Counted from the first letter of the stretch, positions 38,163 through 51,429 are shown. The stretch: DNA of 60,881 bases from Paraglomus brasilianum (GCA_910592345.1 CAJVPI010000073.1:1-60881), one strand, 5' to 3'. The notes: generated from the sequence alone by a model not told the origin. Translations and numbers: made by a program.

Positions 38163-40553
38163 CTGGCATGATGGTAAGGGTTGAAGGGCATTTTACTAGT
38201 CTTGCATTCAAGCATCTTTTTGTCTTCGCGCATCCCTTCACTACAAAGCCTTATAAGTTTATTACAAACTGTTCGATAAGATCTGACTGTAATAAAAAGA
38301 ATTCGTTTCTCATAGGCATTTTCTCGTTCGTTAATTGATTTTAGACGTCGAAATACTGTAATCTCTATCCAATGAATAATTCTACGAAACAAGCTGGTAG
38401 ATGCGGTCTGTGGGAAAATGTGTTTAAACCTAATTATTAACATTGTAGGGTTTAAAATTTATCACTCCCAAGGGTATGCTTCAATACTTACGCGAAAATT
38501 TACTAGAAGAGTTTTTTTACTTCGAGTGACTTTATTTAGCTATCTGAGCATAGTAACAATTTCGTATGAAGAATGATGACGTTCTTCTATCTGTTGCTTC
38601 ATCACAAAATTAACGCCTACGTCTGATATTGTGAAGGATTGACCACCCATGACAAATAAGGCCGAATGCTTCTGGTTATTGCAATGTCCGTGTTCGTATC
38701 ATTAATCTACTGATCCCGATCGACACGGTATGGCAAATTTCTCGTCAGATGCCAACTATACTATGTAACTGGGTACTTACTCCTAATATAGACGGTGAAC
38801 TGGTCGCAAGACATTTTGACGGTCCGTTTATTGTCATTATTGTGAATGTCCTGAAAATATTGCACGCTATAATGATAGGCATATAATGAAAGCAGCAGTC
38901 GGCATTGACCTCTCTGATATTGCCGAAGGAAAGCGTATAGACATCTACGCAAACGTACGTGGTCAAGAACAAATACAAGCATACCTTATAAACTAACAAT
39001 CCCACGGAGATCAAATGCACAATGCTCTTTAATAATAGTAAAATAGTCCCCAGTTGTTACATTGGTTTTTTGCCTATTACATCTTCTCCATGTGTGTTTG
39101 ACGTTCTGTTGATGATGCTTACAAAAAGCATATTCGGGATACGCAATAGTCTTGGTAAGATGGAGGATCCATATTGTCCAATAGTGTGGAATGGATTGAT
39201 GAGTTGTTTGAAGTTTCGGTCATTATGCAAGAATAAGAATTCTTATATTAGACAAATCCACCGAGTAATCTGATACCCTCGTTTTTGACGTTTATCATCG
39301 ATGGGGTTATATAAGTGTGTTCCCTCGATGTGCTTCGATTAAAAATGGCTCATGGTATAATTAGACGACGGACTGGTGGCTGCACAATCGCACAAAAATA
39401 CTACTTTTCAACAGCGCCTTGTGCAGTTGTAAGCGTATCATGCGTGTGTGTTTACATGCGTTCGCAAGGATGTATCAAATACTGGATCAATGTCTTTCAC
39501 ATCCTACGGTACAAATCTGTCTTTGTTGGATTATGAGTAGCCGAACGTCATCTTCCGCGGGGGAGGGGACTTGTTATTTCTAGAAACAAGACGTTCTTCC
39601 ATACGATTCTATATTGTGACGAGACCGTAATTGGTTATGAAGTTCTGATACTCTTATCCTCGTCTCGCTGAAGAGTAGTTCATGTTTGCCCATGAAAATT
39701 ATTCTGATGTGGAAGCAAACGATTAAGTTGTGTACTAATAGAATGAGGACATAGAAGATGGTATGGTCTTAAAATACAGTGAACCCTCTCCAAAAGCACA
39801 ATATTTTTCCTCTCTAAATGCAAGCTCTCCCCTGTAAATGCAAACCTCCGTAAAATGCAAGTCATGACTGATTTGGCCATATGGTCCCAATGCATTGCAT
39901 TTAGAGAAGGTTCACTGTACCTACTTAGTATTAGCTCTTTAACGCAAAGCATCTCCAAGACGTTACCATACTCGCATTATACAATACTTTGTGACTGAAA
40001 CGACCGATACCTGTTTTCAGCATCCATAATTACGTTTTAAACAAGATCCAAAGGTGACCGTAAATCGACCTTATTCTTTGAACCAAGACCGAGTAAACAA
40101 ACAGTAATGTTAGAAGTGAGTCTTTTGTAGGATTGCTATTTATTACTGACTGTCGGTGATAAAATGCAAGCAGGAGTCGAAAGATGGTATTCTAAAAATT
40201 TGTCGAATTTGACAAAAGCGGCGGGTAAAGATGATAAGAATGTGAATATAGTAAACAGAGAGCGAGTAGCAACCCAGATAAAGCGATTTTTACTCGAATG
40301 TATTCAAGCTCTACAACTGACTAACCTATATGAGTATTGCGTGATTCCACGCGGCTCTCCATCACTACTCTGTCACTGACATGGGCTTCGTTAATTTTAT
40401 CTAATAGTTTCGATAATTTTTCTAATTTCTTTTCAACTTGCTTCGTTCGTATGTAAGCTGACCCTAAAGTGAAACGGGCAGTACTATATACGCATATCTT
40501 CTTCCAAAAACTGGGCGGTTAACTTTTGTTGTTGCGCAGCATTGAGGATTTGA

Positions 40554-40665
40554 ACGAAGGCAAATGTGTTCACAGGGAGATTCAAGAAGGCAATGTGTTT
40601 ACATAGCTGATAGGAATGGAGATTAAAGAAGGCAAATGTGTTTACATAGGGAATGGAGATTCAAG
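40554..40665. repeat. ~35-bp tandem repeat (aagaaggcaatgtgtttacatagggaatggagattc), about 3 copies
   Basis: Directly visible; the same unit occurs at 57968-58097. Confidence 0.85.
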
Positions 40666-41349
40666 ATTGCGTCGAACAGTATACATTTAAGATGCCATCC
40701 GATGATGGATTTCATCACCAAACCGCCGCCTATAGAAATTTTCATTGACGGTCAGGTGCTAAATCTTGGCAAGCGTTGTTTTACCCGTGACGGACACAGA
40801 TAACCAACCAAAATCTATTTGGGAAAATACTATTAACCAGATAAAATTGTTCCACATTATTAGGAACGTTTTCTAAGTTAGTGTCATGTCCAATATCTAG
40901 TCAAAAGATTTCAGTCCAAGTATTGTATTTGTGAAATCACTATGACGAATGCTTTAATTAGACTGCCTCCATTTAAAAATTATTTCCTTGTAGACGCCAA
41001 CCTTTTTCCAGCGTGCCTTGTAATTAAATTCCCACAATCGCGCATTGCGTTTATATGTTCAGACCCATGAAGTAGACACAATAGCCCTAGACGGATTACC
41101 AGGGAGTTTCTAGACACTGTATATCGTCTTTATTCAGAAAATAGTCGATAATAGAGAAAAATGGCTAACTAACAAAACTATTTTACTCAGGAGGTACGAA
41201 TAAGTGAATCGCTATTCCTACATCCAAGGGAACAAGATATAAAGAAGCAATAAGTTATCTCAGTTCGATATAACTAAATAATAGATTACCCAAATTTACT
41301 AATACCAAAAAATCTGATATATAAAAAACGAAGAACAACCATACAATCT

Positions 41350-41666
41350 CGCAAAGAATCGAATTATAGACATTAAACTTTCCAGGTTAGTATCTGCTTT
41401 CACGATAATTACTGAATCGCAGCGTTTGTCATCGCGCCAGCGTTGTTGGAAGGAGTAGAGGTGGTAGTAGGTGGTGTTTGAACCAATGTTTGATAATGAA
41501 CAGAAGGTGGATTATAGTTGGTCAAATCATAGTTTATAGTTGAACAGTTGACCACATTTTCATTGTTTCCGATATATCCGTAATTTTCGATATTCAACGA
41601 TTCGTTCACACCAATGTAAACGCCGCCGTTATGATCGAAAAGGCCGATATCGGAAGGAAAAGTTTG
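41350..41666 (-). pseudogene. 5'-truncated, frameshifted member of the N/Q/S/Y-rich family
   Basis: FPSDIGLFDHNGGVYIGVNESLNIENYGYIGNNENVVN...SNNAGAMTNAA, then a frameshift into VIIVKADTNLESLMSII. The N-terminal half is absent. Its 3' flank (41115-41330) matches 54035-54245. Confidence 0.8.
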
Positions 41667-42339
41667 AACATTATCTGAAACAATAGCTATTAAAGACTCA
41701 AATGTCTTTCTGTCTTCCTCTAGTCCGGCTAACCTTGATTCTATTGATTCATTACAAGCAAAGACACTTAATTATCTTCATCCATAGGAATCTTCGTTTC
41801 CTCCAACAAAGTTTGACTTGTCTTGGACCAAGGCCTGCAGTTTCAACCGTGCCATATTAATATAATGTTAGAAACTGGCACATAGAAGCATAGAGGATTT
41901 AGAGGAATTTTTGACACGGGAAATGGAATTCTATTTCAGAGCCCGTCTTTAATAATTTAGTAAACCACACGTCGTTGCGACGTCGACGCCGTTTGGAGCG
42001 ATTAATAAATATATAAACTTTATCTAGTATCTTTGTGCGATATATGTGTATAATATAATATAATAAATTTATTATACTGTATAGTTGTTTAGACTATAAA
42101 AGCATGGACGGGTAGTATATGTATAGTATATAAGATTCGCCGCAAAGATTTTACGGTAAACGGGTATTTGAAGGAATCACATGTGACCATGTGATCAATG
42201 GTACATATTCTGCCACATTTCGCAACGCGTTTTTAAATTTCTCGTTCCAACACGCGCTTCTCTTCCCGGGAACACCAACGGCCCAAGTCTTTTACTCTTT
42301 CCAACTTTGACTCGTCCGTCCCTACAAGCCTACATTAAC

Positions 42340-44778
42340 ATGTCGAAGTCTATACCTCTTCTACCGAATAATCTTCATCACAAGGGTAAATTTGGCTTTA
42401 CTACTATATCCTAACCCCCCACATTTTGGACTTATCTAATGACTCTGATTCTACAGATTACTGGACAAGTACTGGTGTCAAGAGCTGGTCCATTGAGTCT
42501 TTCGACCTGTACTGGATTCAGCAAAATCCCCGCCTATGTAAAAAAATTAGTCGGGCTCACACCTCTCTGGGCAAGGAGTTGGATCTTCTTTTTCAGTCAT
42601 CAGATCAACAAGTTGTGGAAAAAGCACAATTGCTAAAAAGGCAGCTTAAGGTCAGTTTTATTCAGTGTAGATGTCAGGCAAATTCTATGTACTACATCCC
42701 TCAATTTTTCGGGGAGGAAGTGATTCTTTCATGTGTACACCTCACTGAAAAATGAACAATCCATTGCCATCAATATTTTTGGAACACTTTTGATACTAAT
42801 CACACATTTATTCTTTCCTTCTTTTTACATAATAAAGAATGGATCATCAACAATTGATAACATCATATGGAATAGAAGTGAGGAGATTGTAAATTCTCAT
42901 GTTTGTTTGACTTACAGTGAATTTCTGGCAAAGGTAATAATCAGATTTTACTATTACAGCTGCAGAATATGTTAGTTGGTATGCAAAGTATGCTAATTAT
43001 TTGTTTCTCTCATTTGATTTTAGATCAATATAAAGACAAATATTGTTGACAATATTACAAATTCTGAGGAAAGAAAAAGGTTTTTCAGAATTCCCACCCA
43101 GATTGATTATCAGTCTTTAACCATCATAATAATTCTAAATATGATATTTTTCCCCCCCAAAAGGAAACATCATAATGATTATGATGTCTCATTTGATAAG
43201 TTCATTGACAGAAGTTCTGAAGAAAAGGAAACAGGGAAAACAGCAGTGAAGGAGAGCTGCAATGATAAACTTGTAGAGATGGCTCTTGGTACAAGAAATT
43301 TGAAGAACATCAAGGGTGATGAAGATGAGAGCAGTGACATTGAGTCTAAGAATCAAAATGACAATGATGTTCCTGCCTCCAGCAACAATGGCCTTGAGAA
43401 GGTTGAGGATGGTGAAAACATAGATATTGACCTAGAAAGCATTGTGGATGAGCTGCAGTGCACACCAAAGGATGTGGTATGCCATATTAATATGTATTAA
43501 AGTTTTAGTTCCATTCACTCTACAGTTTTTACTTATTTTTGTTACAACAGTGGTATGTTGGCACAGTGAATGTGACAGAAAGATTCCGGTGGTATCAAGA
43601 AGAGGTGATAAAGAAGGCAAAAAGTGAAGGCTTAACATATAAAAACATTTATGAAGTCCTGTAAGCATAAAGATTCAACATACACAAAAATCATATCAAG
43701 ACATTTTAACATCCTTTTCTCCTACACATTTAGAGCTTTGTCATCAGTAATAGTTTTTTGTTGGCCATGTCCTTATCCAGTATTTACCAACCAAGAATGG
43801 TTAGAGATAACAAAGAGCAATCCTTACACTCTAAATGAGCTGCCACTTCTGCCAGAGATTTCAAACCATCTTATCAATGGAACCCGTAGACATCTTGCCA
43901 ACAAAGACACTTTCCTGGATGGTGGGAAACCTGGATTAAGTGGGAAAATTGCATGCCTGTTCAATGGCCTGTGAGTTTACAATTCTATAATTTGTTGATC
44001 CATGAGTTTGTTTTCATATGGAACCTTTCATGTTGCAGATACAACAGTCTTCCAGCAGTTGCACCATTAAAAATATCAGAGGTGGAGCACTGCTATAGGT
44101 TTCTTTACCCAATTACCTGTCCATTCTTTCTTGGCCCCCAAAAGGAATATAAAATGTTGCTGAATTATTCCACAGGAGACTCAAGAAAGAGGCTTGGCTT
44201 TGCCTGTGTGGTGAATGATATACCAATTTTGATCTCAGAGATCAAACCACTTGGATATACACCACTACAACAAAAAAAGGACAACTTGAAGGTACAATTG
44301 CAAGCCAGAAAATCTATTAATCAGCAATTGTTGACAAAGGGTGGTCCGGGTGAAGCAGCTATTTTTGTAAATATGGGTATGTATTCTTGGCAAAGAATGA
44401 AAAAATTTTGTAGATGCTGAACTATGGTTTGTTGATGAGTAGGCACACTGATGGAATCATACTTCATGGACCTGAAATATGATGGACTCTACCGCTCATG
44501 GCCATTTCTTACAACCAGATTAGTGACTGACAGAACTACAATCCCATTGATGGAATTTGCTATCAGTCATTTGATGGCTTTAGAGGTATTTGACAGTGTC
44601 TGCTCTGAGCTTGCAGTGACATTGTGCTTACTATTGTTTATCTTTGACAATGATTAGGAACAAGTTGGAAAAATTGCAATGAACTATAAATACCGAGCAA
44701 CAAATTCACACATCTGCACAGATGAGCTTCATGCATGAACTTCCAAACTCTCCACAGATAAAGCTGTTGCTTCAGTAA
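42340..44778 (+). CDS. 10-exon gene with a C-terminal PD-(D/E)xK-like nuclease fold; possibly pseudogenising
   Basis: Exons ~42340-42385, 42457-42650, 42838-42933, 43024-43079, 43164-43476, 43551-43660, 43734-43970, 44039-44376, 44443-44585, 44658-44727 join in frame. Motif RKRLGFACVVNDIPILISEIKP...KDNLKV...MDLKYDGLYRSW. A second frame (QMSFMHELPNSPQIKLLLQ*, ending 44778) suggests a terminal frameshift. Confidence 0.75.
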
Positions 44779-46826
44779 TAATTGGTTTATATTTGGAACC
44801 CAATCTGCCTCAACAGCAGATTTAACAAAACAAACTACAAATAAATGTTATTCAAGAAGCTTCACTGGACCAACAACTCTTGTAGAAAGGTTTATCTTTG
44901 TCATTATCACCAACTTCTTTATCCAAAGATCATTCACAAATTCCAATAGTACAACACAGCCTCAAATGACCAACATTCCCCCAGATTCATCATGGCTACA
45001 TTTCTTTTCATCAGTTTTCCTTTTAGTGATAAATTTATAATATTGTGACACTTGTGTAGCATATTCAGGAAATAAAGCGAGATAGTGTCCAAACAGTTAC
45101 ATTCTCATTATCCTCCCATCATACTACTAACATTATTTTCGAATTATAAACAATATTATCGCTCGAGTCTTCGAATTGTTTCAACGCCATTCACATATCG
45201 CATATACCGTTCTCAATTGACATCTAAGCTGAAACACATCAGCATTTTTTGCTTACAAATACATCGAAGCAATAATGCATATCATACTTGCATCCTATAC
45301 TGCTTTTTTATAAATCCAATTGGCACGTTAGTTTGTCTTTTATAACATATAGAGGTGTCAAATATCTCAAAATTATCCATATTTTGCCAAAAACTATGTT
45401 AGAAATCGTCCTCGTCTCTGTTCACATCATATCAGTCTTCTTATCCAGTTAGCTCGACGCCTCACTTCTACCTATTGTCTTCATCATTCGTCGAAGTACT
45501 CCAAGATTGAGAAGGGTCTCTAAATTTTTTTCTTATCTCGGCGGGTTATGTAATAAGACATACTGTAACAATAACAACAGTACCCTCGTGTTTTCCTACC
45601 AATTATAAACTATATTTATAATATTCACTATTTCGTTGTTATGTAATATACCATTATCAATTACAAAACAAAGTTTTTTTTCTAACATCAATCCAATATT
45701 GGGGGCTCACACGGCATCGATTGTCACTGTCACACTTCTGTTTTGATTTTCTACAACCGCATCGGCCATCAGCGCTCGATGCAACCCCGCTGTACTTTGG
45801 GCTCTTACCGTCTTTCTCAATGTTACTTGTTCCTGTGGTATTCAGGGAACTCAGCTACTTCCAATAAATTCAAGTCATTGCCTTCACAAGTAACATTCAA
45901 AATCCAGACACATCCTAGCCGATACTTTTCATTTGTTTCGATTGATAATAATGTGTCGATCGATATGTGGAATTAGGACAGTGACTATAGATTCAATTTG
46001 AAAGTCCGATTTTCCTTTCGGGAGGAGCCGATCCGTCCCATAATTCTGCATACCGAGTTCTATTACTACAATAATCATATAATACCTGCCGCAATTTAAA
46101 AAACCCCCCCCCCCCAATAAAAATTTTTTTCTATCATATTCTTTTTAGTAACAATTGTGAGCATTATGTTTATTTATTTTTGATCTGGGGAAGACTTTTG
46201 TCTGTAGCCGTAGCCGGTGACGTTTTTGGAAGACGACTCTTATCTAATGAAAGTGGAGCGGATAACATGTTCATTAAAAATATGCACTGTGGTCTTGCAT
46301 TAGTGTTACTATACCTACCAAACTTTTTTATGGCCGAATCTCGTTATTCTTACCGGTTAGACTGCATATCAATGTCAAGCATAATATTTTTAATACCTCA
46401 ACCATCAAGTTTATTGTATCCGTAAATTACAGTATCAATATATCCTATTATCAGTTATTTTACGCTCGTATTTAGTGATGAAAAACACTCTAAGATCTAT
46501 TCTCGAATTGAAAGAGCAAGTGCTAAAAAAGATTTAATGCCAGCTGCAATCTTCCAGATAATAACGATTAGTTATCAAGGAGCTTCTACACGATGTATAT
46601 CGTCTTCATTCAGACGATGGTTAATACTAATAAAGGGGAATTAATTACTAACTTACAAAATTGGAAGGGCACAATAAATTATTGCCAAGTATGCCTGAAA
46701 GCAAACAATAATATACGAAAAGGTATAAAACAAATAATAAAAATTCCCAAAAATTTACTATTACAAAGTCTGATATCTAAAAATGAAAACCATGCTAACA
46801 AATTACATACGTATTCGTTCCACCCT

Positions 46827-47339
46827 CTAACATGATTGAATAATGGACAATAATCTTTCCAGGTCAATATCAGCATTCATAATAATCACTACGTGTGCGT
46901 GGCTCCTGGCGTTTGTCGTGCCAGCGTTGTTGGAAAGAATAGACGCAGGTGGTGTTTGAACTAATGTTTGAGGGGGTAGATAATAAATCGAGGGTGAAGT
47001 GGAATTGGTCAAATTATTGTTTCCAACGTATCCGTAAGGTGTGGTATTCATCAGTTCATTTCCACCTGTGTAGACGTTATTATTGTCGAGATAGCCGGTA
47101 CCAGTAGAGAAAAAAGTTTGACAGAGAGGTTGATGGGATATTTTATTGGGATCATGATAGGAATAGATGTCATTGAAGTCACTAATGGGTTGATTTATGT
47201 TCGTGTAACCCGAGTCCATAAGAATTGTTTGATTTAACGGAAGACTGTTTGTATAGTTAGAGTCCGTCTTATGTATCTGATCGGATGGAATGTTGTATAT
47301 ATAACTTTCGTTAATTGATTGGTTATTAAAACCAGCCAT
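46827..47339 (-). CDS. N/Q/S/Y-rich low-complexity protein, divergent family member (170 aa)
   Basis: Start MAGFNNQSINESYIYNIPSDQ, chosen by alignment to paralogs. C-terminus SNNAG...HVVIIMNADIDLERLLSIIQSC. Confidence 0.75.
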   Translation of the reverse strand: MAGFNNQSINESYIYNIPSDQIHKTDSNYTNSLPLNQTILMDSGYTNINQPISDFNDIYSYHDPNKISHQPLCQTFFSTGTGYLDNNNVYTGGNELMNTTPYGYVGNNNLTNSTSPSIYYLPPQTLVQTPPASILSNNAGTTNARSHAHVVIIMNADIDLERLLSIIQSC

Positions 47340-49053
47340 ATCATATGTATAACGATAAGACATGAAAGCTTGGAAATTCGACAGATGAATGAGCATGGTG
47401 TATTTATAGCCATAAATATATCAGATATATTTTTTAGAGCTGTGTCTGTGTATTGTTTGACAAGTGGCTTTGTCTGTGTAACTATACAATCACCATTCTT
47501 GATAAGTCTTATACTATCGCTATTGGTAAGAAGTCATCGGTTTCTTTCCTATAACCTTTGAGTCACATAAATGTCTTAATAGATAGATTGTAAAGTCTCC
47601 AATTTTGTGAAGAATATCGGAGCGCACCGATTATATTCCGGAAGATTGTAAAATCCGAAACCAGCCGTCTTATGCATTAAACGCTCGATATTTGTCAGAT
47701 GACAAGTCATGTCTAACAAAGAAAAGCGAAAGCTTTGTGGGAAATTTGGCTGTGTGTTTTACCCGCATATAGCGACGTTAGCGTTAAAAATGTTATAGAC
47801 TATATTAATATATTCTTAATTACATACAGCTCGGCGAGTTCCGCTTAGTCAAATTAAGTTGAGCTCTTTCTTTGAAACGTTAAGAGCAACCTGTTTTACT
47901 GCAGAGCTTTGACGTACTTCTTTGGCTACCGCAGTGGGTTATGCTAATAGCGTTACTTATCTGGGGGGGGTTTAATTGCCATAAACGATTAAGGAGAGTA
48001 TAAAAACCTCGAATCTTGATTTCATTGGTTTAATCTAAATGAGGTAATTCTAAAAAAAGATCATGTATATAGTGTATATTAATATGGTGTATGTAATTTG
48101 CGTCACTATGTAATCCCGGATTTACACATTAATTTGCGCCTGATGTCCCAAAAACGTAATTTACATATGAAATTTGTAATCCTATATCTGTTTGTTGATA
48201 TGACGATAAGCTACGATTATGTTAATTAAGACATTCAATATTTTAAGTCAGCGTTCTTCCTGCGTTTGTTAAGTTTTGTGTGCTACAATTTTAAAGTTAT
48301 CGTATTATCTACACATCCATTCTCCACTTTACTATCTATATTATTCTTGCATTACAGCCTCCTTACTAGAGTATAGCTATGTAATTGAACTGTGTGCGAC
48401 GGACTCTATCAATAATTGAATAATATCTAAATCAAACTTCCTGCGTTTGCCAGCTTCCTCAATAAAGTATAGCACTTCACTTCTTTAATCGACAAAGACT
48501 ATTTGTCACTAAACTGTAAGATTGCACCGTATTACTAGCAATTATTTAAGATTATTTATCGACAGTCTACGTCATATTACTATAAAGAATAAATCGTATG
48601 ATGCATGCGATATACCTAAGTATTGTCAGCAATTGTTTGAAGAAGACTATTTATCAACAGTCTACATCATATTAAATACTAATAATCGTACGATGCAATC
48701 AGTTTTCTGTGGGATCAACAAGCCAATATGTGTGCACAACATATCAAACATGTGATCGGTGTTCTTTGATTGTTGAAACATCTTCTGATGTCATCTTCCA
48801 AGGGTCTTATTGCTTTATGTGGTTATCATGGTTCAAATGTTCTACGTATATTAATATTAATATGTCTGGAATGATATACCAATCGAAATGAATTCATGAT
48901 GAAAGTGTGATAACGCAATTAACGATGATTTGAGCAATATAGATGAGGCGACGGATGATGAATATGCTAGTTAAATGTGTTAACCCGAAGTGTCAACCGG
49001 ATAACAAAATCCGATATATTTATATAAACAATTACATGTATATCGTACTTTCT

Positions 49054-49863
49054 CTAACATCCTTGAATAATAGACAATAAATTTTCCAGGTTAATATCTG
49101 CTTTCATAATAATTACTATGCATCCATGACTCGTAGCGTTCGTCATCACGCCAGCGTTGTTGAAACGAGTAGAAGTATATGGCATTTGACTTGATGTTTG
49201 AGGGAGAGAATGATGAACCAAGGGTGAATTGCAATTACAGTTCATATTTGAATAGTTGACCACATTTTCATTGTTTCTGATATATCCGTAACTTTCGGTA
49301 TTCAACGATTCATTCACACCCATGTAAATGCCGTTATGGTCGAGAGGGCCGATATTGGAAGGAAAAGAATCTTGACCGGGAGGTTGGGGAGGCGTTTGAT
49401 TGTGATGATAGGAATGGATGCCGTTGTAGTTCATAACAATCGGTTGATCCATGGTTGTTTGATTTAATAGAAGGTCGTTTGTACAGTTAGAGTCCATACT
49501 ATTCAGCTGATCAGATTGAATATATTTGACCACATTTTCATTGTTTCTGATATATCCGTAATTTTCGGTATTCACCGATTTATTCACACCCATGTAAATG
49601 CCGTTATGGTCGAGAGGGCCGATATCGGAAGGAAAAGAATCTTGACCGGGAGGTTGGAGAGGCGTTTGATTGTGTTGGTAGGAATGGATGCCATTGTAGC
49701 CCATACTAATCGGTTGATCCATGTTCGCGTAACCAAAGTCCGTAATAATAGTTTGTTTTAATGGAAAGCCGTTTGTATAGTTAGAGTCCATACTATTCAG
49801 CTGATCGGATTGAATATTGTATGGATAGCTTTCGTGATTCGATTGGATATTGAGACCGGCCAT
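49054..49863 (-). CDS. N/Q/S/Y-rich protein with an internal tandem duplication (269 aa)
   Basis: Start MAGLNIQSNHESYPYNIQSDQ. A ~90-97-aa module (IQSDQLNSMDSN...YGYIRNNENVV) occurs twice in frame. C-terminus IVIIMKADINLENLLSIIQGC. Confidence 0.8.
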   Translation of the reverse strand: MAGLNIQSNHESYPYNIQSDQLNSMDSNYTNGFPLKQTIITDFGYANMDQPISMGYNGIHSYQHNQTPLQPPGQDSFPSDIGPLDHNGIYMGVNKSVNTENYGYIRNNENVVKYIQSDQLNSMDSNCTNDLLLNQTTMDQPIVMNYNGIHSYHHNQTPPQPPGQDSFPSNIGPLDHNGIYMGVNESLNTESYGYIRNNENVVNYSNMNCNCNSPLVHHSLPQTSSQMPYTSTRFNNAGVMTNATSHGCIVIIMKADINLENLLSIIQGC

Positions 49864-50073
49864 ATCGGAAACGATAAGAGATAACACAGTTCTTGGTTTG
49901 AGATTCGATGGATGATATTCGAGGTATATATACCAGAGTAAATTTATGTGTCTTTTATTTATAGAATGCTCCACTTCCTAAATTAATCCTAACAAAAACG
50001 ACGTGTTATAATTCCTAATGATGTCAAGGTAACAAAAAAAAAGATGGTTTGATTGGGGTCCACCGCTGACTGC

Positions 50074-50719
50074 TGCAAAGTTTCGTTTTTTGATACACCA
50101 GGAGTTTCGTTTTTGCAACACCCCAAATTTTGGTTTTGTTTTTGATACGTTTTTCCCAATACCCAAATTTATCCGAAATACCATGAGCTATTAATAGTGA
50201 TCGTAACGTTGTCAAGCCAGAGTTCTATTTCCTAGCTTCAGACCTTGTCGTCATCTTCCAGTTCTCAAATTTCCAACGGAACTACAGCAGAGGCTCCTGT
50301 ATTGATCCAAAGTCCATATAAATATTCTGCTAAAGGATTGAAGAAGCTCATAAATGACTCTTGACTATTAGCTTCTCAAGAATATGTTCTAGTTAGCGTA
50401 TCTTGCCCATAATTAATCATCGATAGTTTTGATGTCACTAATGCGTAGGTGTCTCATTCATTTTCTAACTATTGAATAAATTTAATGAAATATTTATTTG
50501 CAAGACATTTCAATTTGAATAGATTGAAATACAAATATGTGCACTTGCCGAATGCTACTTGGGCTCAATGTCTAGCACTTTGGCATACCACGTTTACTAT
50601 TAATAGCTTCTGGGTAGTGACGAAAGCGTGACTTTTGCTGCAGTCAAAAAAGTTGGGGTGCTTGCAAAAACGAAACTCCTGGTGTATCAAAAAAACAAAA
50701 AAACAACGAAACTTTTGCA
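50074..50719. mobile_element. Non-autonomous TIR element (MITE-like), ~650 bp
   Basis: tgcaaagtttcgttttttgatacaccaggagtttcgtttttgcaacaccccaa (from 50074) is the near-perfect reverse complement of ~50653-50719. An inner pair gctattaatagt/actattaatagc lies at ~50187 and ~50597. No coding content. Confidence 0.7.
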
Positions 50720-51429
50720 TGATTGCGATATAATCATAGCATACAGTGCACTTGTCTATTGGCATACTGTTGGGACCAGCTCACTTATGCAAATAGACAT
50801 ATTCACGATATGATTTATATAGACGTTACGCTAGAAGATAATGGAAATCAGAACAATGGGAAAGACAAGTTGCCTGTTATTTCTGTTAACAAATGATTAG
50901 AAGCCCTATCTAGGGACTGTTCTGGCGAAGTTAAAAAGTCGACTAATGTAAAGAATACCATGGAAAAACAAAGAAGATGATTTTGTTGATCTTTCTTGCA
51001 TGCATACGTTTGATGGGGGTCTAGACGTACCGGATGCAAAAGCATATGATATGCCACTAGTTAGATTTCTATTGGATAATATGCAGAGTCAAAAGTATTC
51101 ATTATGTGTACTAACTATATATTACAATTACAATACTACGGGCGCTGTAAACAAAAAAAAGTTCCTATATCAAATAGTATGAGTCAATTATACAGGTAGG
51201 ACAAGAAACCCAGATTACGAAATTGTACATTACAATGGTGCGAATCATAAGACAAAATTTATAATAATTGAAATCAACAGGTTTGTTTAAAAAATTAGTA
51301 TGGAATGTGTTCACCGTTACTTTCTGTAACAAGCGTTATTGACCGTACTAACCCAATTAGGAATATTCCCATAAAACGTCGTATTTTCTTCTCTTAGCAC
51401 TACTACAGAGATTTTCTGTTGATTTGTTA

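Larger units (their letters stand above)
37995..40690 (+). repeat. Segmental duplication, copy A (copy B is ~55400-58160)
   Basis: Collinear similarity over ~2.7 kb. ORF translations are identical between copies: 39315-39536 = 56763-56984 and 39680-39958 = 57128-57406. Confidence 0.95.

Noticed and set aside
39315..39958. ORFs conserved identically in two places
   Set aside because: The identity comes from DNA-level duplication, not from protein conservation.
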